Under the pieces are notes generated by a model, which had not been told where the DNA came from, did no database searches, and worked only from the letters and a program-made list of their open reading frames with translations. From Candidatus Eiseniibacteriota bacterium (lineage in GTDB: Bacteria; Orphanbacterota; Orphanbacteria; Orphanbacterales; Orphanbacteraceae), in assembly GCA_016930695.1 (NCBI GenBank), contig JAFGGD010000026.1, positions 114,904-178,903 of the forward strand: a stretch of DNA of 64,000 bases, written 5' to 3'. Numbering within the stretch: position 1 is the stretch's first letter; each line of letters opens with the position of its first letter. A program made the translations under genes and the position numbers. Shown in pieces: positions 11,630 through 22,700 of the stretch.

Positions 11630-12910
11630 TCAGTCTCCTTTATTCATGGCCGGCAAGACCCCGCCGATCAATTCGGCGACCCTCTCCGGCGCTTTGTACT
11701 TGGCCGGCCGGTCGAGTTCGTCGAGCAATCCGTTCACTTCCGCCTTGAGCTGCACCATCCGCGTTTCCCGCTCCACCGTCTGACCCACGAGAATCTCCAG
11801 GCGGTGCTTCGCCTCGGAAATCTCCTTCATGTGCCGCTTCAGTTCTTCCTCGCTACTCTTCCTCTCCGTGATGTCCACGAAGGTCTCCAGGAGGAGCTCC
11901 TCATCGTCGAGCAGAAGCGGAAGAACGGACTTGAGAACCGGAATGGAACCTCCCGACGCGTCCAGCACGACCCCCTCGCGGTTGTGGATCGATTCCTCTC
12001 CACGCAGGACGGGGCACTCCTTCATCGGACTGGAACAAAAGGTGTCCCGGCAGCTTCGGCCGATCAGTTCCCCCTCGGTCCTCTCCAGGAGGGCCAGGGC
12101 GGCTTCGTTGACGCTGCGGATAGTCCCTCGCCGGTCCACGAGGACGACCGCGAACGGGAGCCCCTCCAAGGTGGCCCGCATCGTCTCGAGGGTCCGGCGC
12201 ACCGATTTCTCCGCCTCCCGGCGGCGCGTTTCCGTGGCGATGGCGTTGCGGATCACCGTGAGCAGGAGGATCACGACCACGCCGAGGATGGCCAGGAGCA
12301 CCCAGGCGAGCCGACGGGTCATCGCCGTGATTTCCCGCCGTTCGTCCTCGACGTAAAGACCGGTGCCGACGATCCATCCCCAGGCTTCGCAACCCTTCAC
12401 GTAGGATATTTTCGGCGCCACTCGGTCGGGATCGTCCTTCCACTGCCACATGTAATCGACGAAACCCTCTCCCCGTTCGCGCACGATGCGGACCATTTCG
12501 ACGACGAGGAGTTTTCCGTTCGGGTCGGCGTAATCACTCATGTCAGTCCCGTCCATGTCGGTGCGGTAGGGATGCATGAGCATGGTGGGATGCATGTCGT
12601 TGATCCAGAAATAGTCCTTCTTCTCCGGGCCGTAGCGGAGATGCCGGACATGATCCATCGCCGCTTTCTGCGCCGCTTCCCGCGTCAGCGTCCCTTCCTG
12701 TTCCAGGCGGACGTAGTAGTCGATCACGCTCCAGGCGATCGCGGTCTGTTCGCGCACCATCTCCATTTTCTTCGATCGGAGGCTTTCCTCGAACTGCGGC
12801 AGGATGAAGAGGAAGGCCGCGACCGTGAAGAGCGCGAGCGAGGCGAATACCGGCAGGAAGATACGGAGATGCAGGCCGTTCCAGATGGATGTCCGGTCGT
12901 CGTCCGGCAT
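11630..12910 (-). CDS. Membrane sensor protein: TM, Cache-like periplasmic domain, TM, PAS, coiled coil; no output domain
   Basis: Start chosen at MPDDD (GGAGAG SD). The upstream portion of the ORF is Gly/Arg-rich junk. Cache-like motif YFWINDMHPTMLMHP. Two hydrophobic segments. PAS-like region LEGLPFAVVLVDRRGTIRSVNEAALALL. C-terminal coiled coil. No kinase or GGDEF domain. Confidence 0.7.
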   Translation of the reverse strand: MPDDDRTSIWNGLHLRIFLPVFASLALFTVAAFLFILPQFEESLRSKKMEMVREQTAIAWSVIDYYVRLEQEGTLTREAAQKAAMDHVRHLRYGPEKKDYFWINDMHPTMLMHPYRTDMDGTDMSDYADPNGKLLVVEMVRIVRERGEGFVDYMWQWKDDPDRVAPKISYVKGCEAWGWIVGTGLYVEDERREITAMTRRLAWVLLAILGVVVILLLTVIRNAIATETRRREAEKSVRRTLETMRATLEGLPFAVVLVDRRGTIRSVNEAALALLERTEGELIGRSCRDTFCSSPMKECPVLRGEESIHNREGVVLDASGGSIPVLKSVLPLLLDDEELLLETFVDITERKSSEEELKRHMKEISEAKHRLEILVGQTVERETRMVQLKAEVNGLLDELDRPAKYKAPERVAELIGGVLPAMNKGD

Positions 12911-13355
12911 GTAATCTCTCCCGGTCCCCGGCGGTCCCGTGGCTTCTTGTAGATCGTATGGGAGGGCGATGGCCCCGAAGGCCATTCCCCGCGAGAACGT
13001 ACCCGTCCCTTCCCGGGTCCTTGTCCCGCTCGGGCTTGTGGCGGAGCGGGGCGCAAGGACCGTCCTCGAACGAGTTATCGGCATTCCCGAGAATTTCTTG
13101 CCCGTCGGGAAACGATCTGTCTTTCCCGGGGAAACCGGGGAGCGGAGCGGCGGGGGCGGGGGAGTGGGGCGAAAAATCCGCGCGGTTCCGTGCCGTTCGT
13201 CTCGAATCGGCCGGAAAGAGCGAGAAAGAGGAAAATCTTCCCTCCGCGTGGCCGGAGGGGCGGCGTTTCGGGAGGCGTGGACCCTTCATAAGAGAAGTCT
13301 TTGTGCCGAAAAATGATATAGAGACGATTTTCGGTTCCAGCAAGGGAGGGACGGA

Positions 13356-14846
13356 ATGTTCGCTACGGGAACATCGCGATACGGCGGCATCGCCGGTCGG
13401 GTGCTCCGCGAGACGATGACGCCGGGTACTTTTGTGACCGGCCTCGCGGTGGCGTTGCCGATCGGCCTGCTCGCCATTGTATCCGAACGGGCCGGGTCGA
13501 AGGTGTCGCCGGCCGCTCTGGTGCAGGTGGCCGCCACGCTCGCCCTGGCGCGGATCGCGTTGAACGGATACGCGGGGCAGTGGCGCGGCACGGTCTTCTC
13601 GAAAACCGGCGGCTCCGATTTCGACGTACTGACGGTCGCCATCCGCTTCGTTCTTCTCAGTTCCTGTTGGTTGATCCCCCTCTATCTGCTCGGCTTCCGT
13701 CCCGGAAACACGATGGAGTCGGCCGGAATGATGATGATGGGGATGGGGGGTGGAGAAAAAGCCTTGCTGGGCGCCCTCTACGTCATGCTCGTCGCCCTTT
13801 CGCCCCCCGTGTTTTTGATCGCGTCGGTGGGCGCTTCGAACATCGTCGATCTTTTCAGCGCCGAATACTGGCGAAACACATTCGGCGGCCGGGTGGGCGA
13901 CATATTCCTGGTTTACGCCCTCTACCTCGGCGGGCTGACGATGGCGGTCGTCCTCTCCCTGCCTCTGTTGGTTCTTGTCGGCGCGCGCAGCGGTCAGGGC
14001 GGCATTCTCGTCGGAGGCGCCGTGGGTGTCTATCTTCTCGGCTTCGCCGTGACTCTTCTCGGGAGGTTGTGCGGATTCTTCGCCGCCTCGGGTGGTCCCG
14101 GCGAGGAGGAGACGGCGGATCTCGACCCTTCACCGATTCTGGACGTGATGGCGAAGGCGGACCGTCCCGCCCAGGCGAAGGGGGGACGGACGCCGGTTCA
14201 CCGGGCCGTCACCCGAAGCGCCGAGCGGGATTCGCGCAGACTGCGCGCCTCCATGCCCGCCGTTGTCGCCCCGAACGGCCGCCCCGTCGTCACCGATGCG
14301 GTGGGCAGGGTGAGTAAAGCGGAGGCGCGTTTCGCCGACGACCCGGACGGCGCCATCGAGGAACTGCGCCGGCTGGACGCGGAATACGAACCGAATCCGC
14401 TCGTTCTTTGCGGTCTCTGCCGGTTCCTGATCGGCGCGGGACGCGAGGATGAGGCGGTGCGTCTCGCCGACCGGGCGATCCCCTGGAGTCTGGCGCGGGG
14501 GAGCCATAGACCGGCCGCCGAAGCGTACCGCGAATTCGGGGAGCGGGCGGGGCGATTGCAGCTGAACGATGATGATCTGCTGCGGATCGGGAACACCCTC
14601 CGGACCATGCTCGATCTGGAAACCGCCGGCCGCGCCTACCGCGCGATTCTGGACCGGCGCCCCTCCGACGCGGGTGCGGTGAAGGGGATGCTCCAAACCG
14701 CCGAGGCGTACGTCCACGGCAAGGGATCGCCCCAGGACGCGATCCGCGTCTACGATTATCTGCTCGAGCGCTGCCCCGATTCCCCTCTCGCCGACTTCAT
14801 GCATGCGGGGAAGGAGGAGGCGGAACTCCGCATCGCCCGGAGGTGA
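13356..14846 (+). CDS. Polytopic membrane protein with C-terminal TPR-like domain
   Basis: Six or more hydrophobic helices in the first 250 aa. C-terminal helical repeats. AAGGGAGGG SD. No family recognised. Confidence 0.5.
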   Translation: MFATGTSRYGGIAGRVLRETMTPGTFVTGLAVALPIGLLAIVSERAGSKVSPAALVQVAATLALARIALNGYAGQWRGTVFSKTGGSDFDVLTVAIRFVLLSSCWLIPLYLLGFRPGNTMESAGMMMMGMGGGEKALLGALYVMLVALSPPVFLIASVGASNIVDLFSAEYWRNTFGGRVGDIFLVYALYLGGLTMAVVLSLPLLVLVGARSGQGGILVGGAVGVYLLGFAVTLLGRLCGFFAASGGPGEEETADLDPSPILDVMAKADRPAQAKGGRTPVHRAVTRSAERDSRRLRASMPAVVAPNGRPVVTDAVGRVSKAEARFADDPDGAIEELRRLDAEYEPNPLVLCGLCRFLIGAGREDEAVRLADRAIPWSLARGSHRPAAEAYREFGERAGRLQLNDDDLLRIGNTLRTMLDLETAGRAYRAILDRRPSDAGAVKGMLQTAEAYVHGKGSPQDAIRVYDYLLERCPDSPLADFMHAGKEEAELRIARR

Positions 14847-14953
14847 CGCCCGCGCCGCGGAACCGATCAAGCGAAAAAGCCGCCCGCCGGGGCGGCATTT
14901 TTTGCGCGTCCCCCGGCGCCCGTTCGAATCGAAAACGCCCGCCTTTCTCGGCG

Positions 14954-17206
14954 CTATCGGTTCTCCAGCCGGCGCAGCGCCCGGATCGACGATGAAAAGG
15001 TGGGATCGATGCGGAGCGCCTCGCGGTACTCGTCGATCGCCTCTTCGCGCCGCCCCGTTTCGACGAGCGCCTCACCCAGGCTGTCGTGCGTGTTCGCCAC
15101 GTCCGGGTACAATTCCGCGTTCAGCCGGAAGAGTGCGAGCGCCGCGTCCAACCTCTCCTGCATCAGGCGGTAGCCCGCCGCGTTCAACAGGTCGGGCCCG
15201 AAATCGTAGTAGTCCGGCCATCGCCGCCGCAGCTCCCGGTAGAGGGCGATCGCCGCGCCTCCCCCTTCGCGGCTCCCCCTGTCGACGAGGGCGGAGCGGA
15301 TGTCCGGCGTCTCGACGGCGCGCGCCGAGTCGAGAACGGAAGCGTCCACCCAGAAGACGTCTCCCTGCCCGTTGCGCGGTTCGGCGGCGCGGGCGATCAG
15401 ATCCGCGAAGGAGAGCGGTTCGCGGGAATGGTCCGGCCGGTCGTCGCCGGCGTGGTTGTAGAAGAGGTAGCGCCCGCAGGGGGAGAGGAAGGGCATCCGC
15501 GTCTGTCCGCCGCCGTTGATGCGGTGGCCGAGCCGGCGCGCCGGCTCCCAACCGCCGAGTGCGTCGCGGAAGCTTACGAAGAGACCGTCCCCTTCCGGCC
15601 GGCCGAAGGAGCTGAGGATGATGTATCGTTCTTCCGGATCGATGAAATGCCATGCGTCGAAATAGGGCGAATTCACGGCCGGCCCGAGATCGCGCGGCTC
15701 CGACCAACCGCCGTCGGGGAGCGGTTCGGCGACGAAGATGTCCAGGTTCCGCGGTCCCCCTCCGTCTCGCGCCGCCACGGCGAAATAGGCGTTTCCGTTT
15801 TCGGCGAAGACGGGCATGAGGGCGCCGGTCCGGGTAAGCGCCGTGTCGAGAACCGGCTCTCCCCAGTCGTCGCCGCTCCGGTCCACGTACCAGCAGCGCC
15901 ACGAGTCGTGGGGCGCCGCCGCGCCCGGGTCTGGACGGCGGGAGCTGAACCGGAGCCGGCTCCCCCCGCGCGTGAAACAGGGGTTGTCGTCCCTGTGGCG
16001 GCCCGAGAAGGGGGCGACCTCCGGACCGGTCCATCGTCCGTTTGCTCTTCGCATGTGAAGGAGCGTGTGCTCCACGGCGCCGGCCGCGGTCCAGAACACC
16101 TCGTTCCCGTCTGGGGAGAAGACGGCGGCGCTGTGTTCGTGGAGCCCGGTGGAGATGGTCCCACGGCCGAAGAGACGCGGCTCCGGGCCGGGCGGTTCCT
16201 CGCCGAGATAGTCCCCGTCGAGGATCATTGTCGACCCCGGCCGGGCGGGATCGAGAACGGCGGCGCTCATCCGGTAGATGTCGTTTCCCATGTTTTGGGG
16301 CGCCTTCATCCTGTCCCGGATGGAGGCGATGTTCCGCGGCGGTCCGTCGGGATCGAATTCCTGGAACCGCCTGCCGGTGAAAAAGATCCATTCGCCATCC
16401 GGAGAGAAGGTGGGGAAAAGATCGTTACCGTCGGCGGCGTACAGCTCCTGTAGGGGACGCGGATCGGTCCACGGTCCGCCGTTTTCGCGGAAGGAGACGA
16501 AGCCGCCGCTCCGCCGGGGGCCGCCGAAGACGGTGAAGAGGAGCGTATTCCCGTCGGGCGAGATCGACGGCCGCGTCTCCTCTGCCTCGCTGTTCACCGC
16601 CGCGCCGAGGGAAACCGGCTCCCCCCAACCGGTGCCGTGGCGCGGAAGGAGAAAGAGATCACTCCCTCCCTCGCCGTCGGCGGAGGGGATCCAGGCGTAA
16701 CCGTTCCCCTCGGCGTCGAAGGAGTAGGGGATGGCCGGGTCGAAATCGGGAAATCGCTCGGGAGGACCGAAGCCGCCATTCCGCCTCTCCACCACGTAGC
16801 ACCTGTAGTAAGGCAGCGGGTCGTCTTCCCCGCCGTCCGGCCTTCGAGAGCGGAAGAATACGCGCCGACCCCCGGGGGACCAGACCGGCAGTTCGTCCGG
16901 CCAACGGCCGGAGAAGGGAGCCGTCTCGGGACCGATCCATCGTCCTCCTTCACGGTGAATCCGGAGGATGACGTGATGGTCGCCCTCCTCGACGTGCCAG
17001 AGCGCTTCGTTCCCGTCGGGCGAGAAGCGGACGGCGCCCGCCTCGTCGAGGCCCGTGGAAACGAGCCCGGCGGCGAACAGTCCGGGGGAGCGCCCGGGTT
17101 CCCGACGGCCCTCGGGGTAATCGATCTCCCCGGCGCCGGCGGGGTCCGAGGCGGCGAGGACGAAGAGGAGAGAGGCGGCTACGGTAAGGCGCGCTCGATC
17201 GAACAA
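14954..17206 (-). CDS. Secreted TolB-like beta-propeller (PD40 repeat) protein with C-terminal TPR
   Basis: Signal peptide. Repeated PD40 signatures FSPDGNEALW, WSPGGRRVFF, ISPDGNTLLF, FSPDGEWIFF, FSPDGNEVFW. C-terminal TPR (ALFRLNAELYPDVANTHDSLGEA...). TTG start preceded by AGGAGG. Confidence 0.7.
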   Translation of the reverse strand: MFDRARLTVAASLLFVLAASDPAGAGEIDYPEGRREPGRSPGLFAAGLVSTGLDEAGAVRFSPDGNEALWHVEEGDHHVILRIHREGGRWIGPETAPFSGRWPDELPVWSPGGRRVFFRSRRPDGGEDDPLPYYRCYVVERRNGGFGPPERFPDFDPAIPYSFDAEGNGYAWIPSADGEGGSDLFLLPRHGTGWGEPVSLGAAVNSEAEETRPSISPDGNTLLFTVFGGPRRSGGFVSFRENGGPWTDPRPLQELYAADGNDLFPTFSPDGEWIFFTGRRFQEFDPDGPPRNIASIRDRMKAPQNMGNDIYRMSAAVLDPARPGSTMILDGDYLGEEPPGPEPRLFGRGTISTGLHEHSAAVFSPDGNEVFWTAAGAVEHTLLHMRRANGRWTGPEVAPFSGRHRDDNPCFTRGGSRLRFSSRRPDPGAAAPHDSWRCWYVDRSGDDWGEPVLDTALTRTGALMPVFAENGNAYFAVAARDGGGPRNLDIFVAEPLPDGGWSEPRDLGPAVNSPYFDAWHFIDPEERYIILSSFGRPEGDGLFVSFRDALGGWEPARRLGHRINGGGQTRMPFLSPCGRYLFYNHAGDDRPDHSREPLSFADLIARAAEPRNGQGDVFWVDASVLDSARAVETPDIRSALVDRGSREGGGAAIALYRELRRRWPDYYDFGPDLLNAAGYRLMQERLDAALALFRLNAELYPDVANTHDSLGEALVETGRREEAIDEYREALRIDPTFSSSIRALRRLENR

Positions 17207-17381
17207 GGGAACCTCCTGATTTCGATGAAGAAAGGGGAACCGTTACGAGTCGATCCGAATACATGACGCCCCGGCCGGTGCGGACGATCAAGATTTTTCC
17301 GGCGACTCCTTCGGGTCCCCGGCGGGAAACCGCGGCGCCGCGGTTGATTGTAACGATAATTCAAGCAAACAGTTGACCGGC

Positions 17382-17410
17382 TTGCGCCCCGGAAGAACGC
17401 GGGGTACAAT
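17382..17410 (+). promoter_or_regulatory. Candidate sigma-70-type promoter (TTGCGC-N17-TACAAT) for the MFS gene
   Basis: Hexamers read in the sequence with 17-bp spacing, about 85 nt upstream of the start at 17495. Confidence 0.3.
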
Positions 17411-17494
17411 CGGCGGATTGAAGCAACGGGGTGGCCGGACCGAACGGCCGCGCGAGAAAGCCCACTTCCAAAAGAGAAACGAGGGCGTGAGAAC

Positions 17495-18910
17495 ATGAGC
17501 AACAGCGCGGGGAGCGTGTCGGACGGCGGCCTCTGGGGCAACCTCGTCCGATACTTCCGGGATTTCAAGGTCCTTCGTCACACCCGGTCCGAGTACTGGG
17601 GCATCCAGATCATCAATTTTCTCGACAGCACCACCTTCTTTTCCATCCTGACCATCGCCGTCATTCTCCTCTCCGACGATTTCGGGTTCAGTGACGAGAA
17701 GGCGGGGTACGTGGTCACCCTCTACGCGAGCACGACCACCATCTGTCTCTTCTTCTCCGGCATGGTCACCGATTGGCTCGGGATCCGGCGGGCGTTCTAC
17801 ACCGCCATGATCGGCCAGTTCCTTACACGCGGCGCGATCATGGTGCTCGCCCTCTCGCCGATGCTCTTCCCCGAGTACCGGGGCGTCATCGTCACCATCG
17901 CCTTCTTCTTGATGGCCCCCTTCGTGGCGATGATCCAGACCGTCTACCAGGCGGCGAACAAACGGTTCACCACCAAAAAGTCGCGCGGCGCCGGCTTCAA
18001 CCTCTGGTATCTCTTCATGAATATCGGCGCCTTCGCCGCGGGCCTGCTGATCGACTTCATCCGTCTTACCTTGGGGCTGCCGAACGGCCACATCTTCACC
18101 TTCGCCGTGATCGCCCACGTGATCTCCTTCTTCCTGATCATGGGATTCATCCGGCGCGAGGAGCAGATCTACGACGAGGGGGAGGAGCCGACGCCCGAGG
18201 AGGCGGCGAAGCCGAAGGAGCGCAAAACCCCTTGGCAGATCGCCGGCTCGGTGCTGAAAGAGTCGATCTTCTGGCGCTTCCTCGTTCTCATCTCGCTCCT
18301 CATCGGCGTGAGGGCGTGCTTCCTCTATCTGCATCTCCTTTGGCCCAAGTACTGGCTCCGGGTGATCGGCCCGGAGGCGAAGATCGGCGTGCTTCAGGCG
18401 ATCAATCCGTTTCTGGTGATCTTCGGGCTCATTCTGCTCATCCCGATTCTGAATCGGTTCAGCGTGTACAAGATGCTCACCTTCGGCGGCATGATCTCCG
18501 GCCTCTCTCTCTTCGTGTTGGCGGTCCCCTCCTACGGACACATGACCTACGTCTACTCCATCATCGCCCTGGTGGTCCTGACCGTGGGGGAGGTGATCTG
18601 GTCGCCGAGGCTGAACGAGTACACGGCGGCCATCGCGCCGGAGGGGCAGGAGGGGACCTACCTCGGATTGTCCATGGTCCCCTACTTCTTCGCGAAAACG
18701 GTGGTGAGCCTGCTTTCCGGCCACATGCTCACCCGCTGGGTTCCCCTCGACATGGGCGAGCGGCTGCGCGCCGGCACGGTCGCCTTCGTCGACTCGCCGA
18801 GTATGCTCTGGCTGATTCTGGGCGCATTCGCCCTCGGCGGTCCTCTCGTGGCGCTGCTGCTGAAGGACTGGTTCACCAAGGGAGCGCACTGGGAGAAGGC
18901 GCGCCGGTAA
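17495..18910 (+). CDS. MFS transporter
   Basis: Twelve predicted hydrophobic helices. MFS-like loop motif GMVTDWLGIRR after TM2. 471 aa. Confidence 0.8.
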   Translation: MSNSAGSVSDGGLWGNLVRYFRDFKVLRHTRSEYWGIQIINFLDSTTFFSILTIAVILLSDDFGFSDEKAGYVVTLYASTTTICLFFSGMVTDWLGIRRAFYTAMIGQFLTRGAIMVLALSPMLFPEYRGVIVTIAFFLMAPFVAMIQTVYQAANKRFTTKKSRGAGFNLWYLFMNIGAFAAGLLIDFIRLTLGLPNGHIFTFAVIAHVISFFLIMGFIRREEQIYDEGEEPTPEEAAKPKERKTPWQIAGSVLKESIFWRFLVLISLLIGVRACFLYLHLLWPKYWLRVIGPEAKIGVLQAINPFLVIFGLILLIPILNRFSVYKMLTFGGMISGLSLFVLAVPSYGHMTYVYSIIALVVLTVGEVIWSPRLNEYTAAIAPEGQEGTYLGLSMVPYFFAKTVVSLLSGHMLTRWVPLDMGERLRAGTVAFVDSPSMLWLILGAFALGGPLVALLLKDWFTKGAHWEKARR

Positions 18911-18933
18911 GAACGCCCGAGCCGTCCGGCCGA

Positions 18934-19647
18934 TCAACCCGCCGCCGCGACTTCCGCGAAACGGCGGAGGATCGCCGCCGCTTCCGGCGTCTCTCTTACG
19001 CCGGAGATCAGACGGTCCGGGTCGAGCCCCCCGGCGGCGAGTTCTTTGCGATAGGCGTCGACATAATCCGCGGTGATTCCGGCGTCGAATTCGGGGTGGA
19101 ACTGGACTCCCCAAACGCGGCTCCCGGCCCGGAACGCGGCGTGCGGGTCCGCGTCGGCGGAGGCGAGCAGAACCGCTCCGGGGGGAAGACGGAGCACGCG
19201 CTGGGCGTGGCTCGCCTGCGCGGGAAACGAATCGGGGAACCCACGGAAAAGAGGATCCCCCGCCGCTCCGGCGGCCGACCGGAAGGAGACGGTGCCGAAG
19301 TTCCTTCCCGCCGGGTTCGGCCCCACCTCGCCGCCGAGGGCGTAGGCGAGGATCTGATGGCCGAAACAGATCCCGAGAAGGGGCACTTCTTGCCGGACCG
19401 CGCCGGAGAGCCATTGCGCCGCGCGGATCATCCACGCCGTCCCGTCGGTCACGTTCTCCCGAGAACCGGTGACGACCACGCCGGCGTACTCCGCCGGGTC
19501 CGGAAGCGCCTCTCGCCGCCCGTCGGCGACCCGTACCGGAAGCCCTCCGCCCAAGCCCCGTCCGATCCAGTCCTCGAAATCGCCGCGTCTTTCGCGTATG
19601 CCGGGAAGCGCTTCCCCGACCTTCAAGATCAGCACGCCCTTCTTCAC
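18934..19647 (-). CDS. Class I glutamine amidotransferase domain protein
   Basis: GATase1 catalytic-Cys context GICFGHQIL and VQFHPE motif. 237 aa. Confidence 0.8.
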   Translation of the reverse strand: MKKGVLILKVGEALPGIRERRGDFEDWIGRGLGGGLPVRVADGRREALPDPAEYAGVVVTGSRENVTDGTAWMIRAAQWLSGAVRQEVPLLGICFGHQILAYALGGEVGPNPAGRNFGTVSFRSAAGAAGDPLFRGFPDSFPAQASHAQRVLRLPPGAVLLASADADPHAAFRAGSRVWGVQFHPEFDAGITADYVDAYRKELAAGGLDPDRLISGVRETPEAAAILRRFAEVAAAG

Positions 19648-19787
19648 GTTCTCTCCTCCGTTTCCATTCTAAAGGATCCCCGGCGCCCGCGCACGGGAAG
19701 GCGGTGGGGGAGATGAGACTTGAGATTGAGATCCTAAGAATGTAGACTGGGAACGCGTCTTTCCCCGGACGATCGCACGGAGGATTC

Positions 19788-22700
19788 ATGTCGCGCCGAA
19801 CCCCGCCCCGCATGCCTGCCGGTTATCGCGTGGAGAGCGTGCTCAAATCGGACGGCGAACGGGTGGTGGCGATCGCCCATCCCGCGGACGGCGGCGACAG
19901 GGTCGTATTGAAGGTGGTCGGCCCGCGCGCGGAGGAGATGGCCCGGGTCCGTTTCCATGACGTGATCCGCCTGCAGGGAGACCTCGTTCATCCCGGCATC
20001 TGCCCGATCATCAATGTCGGACGCACGCCCGACGGCGGCGTCTTCGCCGTCTATCCTTACGTGAAAACCGTCGATCCGGCGGCGTGGACGGCGGTGGATC
20101 GGAAGACCCGTTTTCCTCTCGTCGTGCGCGCCCTCTCGGAGCCGGTCGCCTTTCTCCACGAACACGGCCACGTTCACGGCGACCTCAAACCGTCGAACAT
20201 CCTGTTCCGGGCGGAGGAGGGGGAGATTCGCGATCTTCTTCTTACCGATTTTCTCCCTCCCCTCTTTTTTCGCGGGGACCGGCTCGGGACGATCGCCGGA
20301 ACATTGGGATACCTCGCCCCCGAGGCGATCCGCGGAAACGAACCGGATCACCGTTCCGATCTCTACTCGCTCGGCGCGACCCTCCACGAGATCCTCACCG
20401 GAAGCCCTCTCTTCACCGGTTCGGCGGAGGAGGTGGCTTGGGGGCATCTGTCGGCTCGGCCGCGGGTCGGCGCGCCGCGGGAGTGGAACCTTCCCGCTCG
20501 ATGGAACGAAGCATTGGAGCGTTTGCTCGCGAAGAGCCCCGCGGACCGGCCTCAGACGGCGCGGGATTTCCTGGCCGACTTCTTCGATGAAAAGCCCGGA
20601 AGCGGGCGCGTCACCGTGGTCGCCCGTCCCCCCCTGGTCGGCCGGGACTCCCTGCTCGAGGAGATGCGCGATTGGTCGAGCCTGGACGACCGCCCCTGTC
20701 TCGCCCTCCGGGGGGAGAAGGGGTGGGGGAAGACCCGCCTTCTCCGCGAATTCTCCCTTCAGCTCCGTTTGGACGGCGAGAAAGTCGCCTTCCTCTCCGT
20801 CCCGGAGGCGGTGTGCGACCGGCCTTACGAGGGGGCTCGCCTCCTCCTCGCGGCGATCTCCGCCGATCCCCTGCGGTGGGATCTGGGGCGCATCGCGTCG
20901 TCGCCGAGGCGCTCGGGGACGGCCGGGTCGAGCGGCGAACTCTCCCTCTTCCGCGCGATCTACCGGATCTGGGAAGAGAGGATCGCCGGTTTCGCGGATC
21001 GGGGAGGAAAGCCGATTCTCGTGATCGTCGACAACCTGGATCATTTCGACGACTCCTCTCTCCGTTTCTTCCGTTTCCTCCTTGATCGTGACGGTCCGCC
21101 GCCGGTCCGTTTTCTCGCCTCGATCGGATCGGTCGAATCCCCTCAGCTCTCCTCCCTTCTCGACCGTTTCGAGGAGCGAGGATTGCTCCGGACCTTAATG
21201 CTCGAGGTGCTCAGTGATTCCGACGTGGAAGAGTGGATTCGAGGCGTCCTCGGAAACGGAAAGGTCGACCCCGGGTTGACGCGGGAGGCGGTTCGTCGTT
21301 CCGGCGGCGTGCCGGCGCGGCTGGAGGGGCTGGCCAGGCGGTGGATCGCGCGCGGGCGCGTGCGGCGGAAGTACGGATCCTTCACGCTGTCCGAGACTCC
21401 GGCGCCGGGTGACGACGCGGGCGCCGGGGAGGAGAGCGCCGTCGGGCTCGATCCCGCCGGGCTTCCCCCGCGGGCGGCGCTGCTGGCCGCCGCCGTCGCC
21501 CTCTCGCCCATCGCGGGCGACGCGCCTTTCTATAGGAGGCTTCTCGGCGTTCCCGAGGAGGACTGGCCGGTGCTGGTGAACGCCCTGGTCGGGCGCGGGT
21601 GGATCCGGATCGATCCCGATCCCGCCGGCGATCGCTACTCCTTGAAAGACGAGGCGTTCCGCCCGGCGTTGGCCGGGATGATTTCGGCCGACACGCGGAC
21701 GAAGCTGCATCGCGCCGCGGCGCGGCTCCGCGCGGAGGAGGAGAAGAGGGGGGTGGAGGGAGCCTCGCTGATCGTCGCGCACCACCTGGCGGGCGCCGGA
21801 TCGTTCGCGGCGGCGAGACGGAAGCTCATGAAGGCGGCGGAGGGGATGGAACGTCTCTTTCTCTTCCGGGACGCGGCGCGGCTTTACCGGCGCGCCTCCG
21901 CCGTCGATCCCGGGAGCATCGCTCCCGGCGAGAGGGCGAAACTCCTTCTCCGGCTCGCCGAAACGCGGTTCCGGGCCGGCGAGACGCGGGGCGCCCGGGC
22001 GGCGGCGCGGCTTCTCCTCGCGTGGGGCCGCGACCGTGGGATCGATCGGTCCACGATTATCCGGGCCGGGCTTCTGGACGCCTGGATCTTCTGCAATCAA
22101 GGGAATCCCGGGCGCGCGGAGAAGAAACTCCGGGCCCTTCTGAGTCCCCCGGAGGGACTGTCACCGCGGGACCGGGCGGCGATCCTTCGCGATCTGGGGT
22201 GGGCGCTGCTCGACCAGAACCGGAAGGAGGAAGCCGGCCGGGCGCTCCGATCGGGGCTGGAGGCGCTCAAGGGAACGCGCGAGAGGGTGCTGAAAGGTCA
22301 AATCTTCAACCGTCTCGGAGCGATCGCCTATAACGGCCACGACTGGGCGCGCGCCATCACGTTTTACCGGCGGGCGGTCCGCGTCTTAGAGGGAACCGCG
22401 CCCGGCGAGGCGGTCCCCCCCTTGTCCAATCTGGCGCTCATTTATTATTGGACGGGGCGGCTTCGCGATGCGCGGGAGTCGATGGAGCGGACCCTCCGGA
22501 TCGCCCGGGAGACGGGAAACCTGATCGAGGAGGCGCGCATCTCGGAGGATCTGGCCCGCGTGTTCGCGCGTCTGGGCCGTTGGGAGGAAGCAGGTCGTCT
22601 TTTTCACGAAGCGTTCGTCACCTTCCGGGAGTACGGCGAGAGCGCTCACGAGGCGACCACGCTCCTCAGCATGGGGCACGCGGCCCGGGAGAGGGGAAGG

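Noticed and set aside
12911-13355. Looked for a sigma-54 -24/-12 element (GG-N10-GC, TGGCAC-N5-TTGC) in the divergent region between the sensor gene and the membrane-TPR gene
   Set aside because: The only GGCA...TTGC pair seen (ggcattcccgagaatttcttgc) has the wrong spacing. No convincing element by eye; a computational scan is needed.
15072-16453. Two roughly 440-455-aa ORFs on both strands within the TolB-like gene
   Set aside because: Alternative frames of a gene supported by five PD40 repeat signatures. Translations are Arg/Gly/Pro-rich.
17288-19813. 841-aa minus ORF and 647-aa plus ORF (17773-19716) spanning the MFS and GATase genes
   Set aside because: Antisense or alternative-frame translations with extreme R/G/P/D bias. 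The MFS and GATase calls explain the region.
19734-21044. 436-aa minus ORF antisense to the 5' end of the kinase gene; also 23259-24983 (574 aa, minus) antisense to its 3' end
   Set aside because: Antisense to a gene with kinase and sigma-54 motifs. Low-complexity composition.
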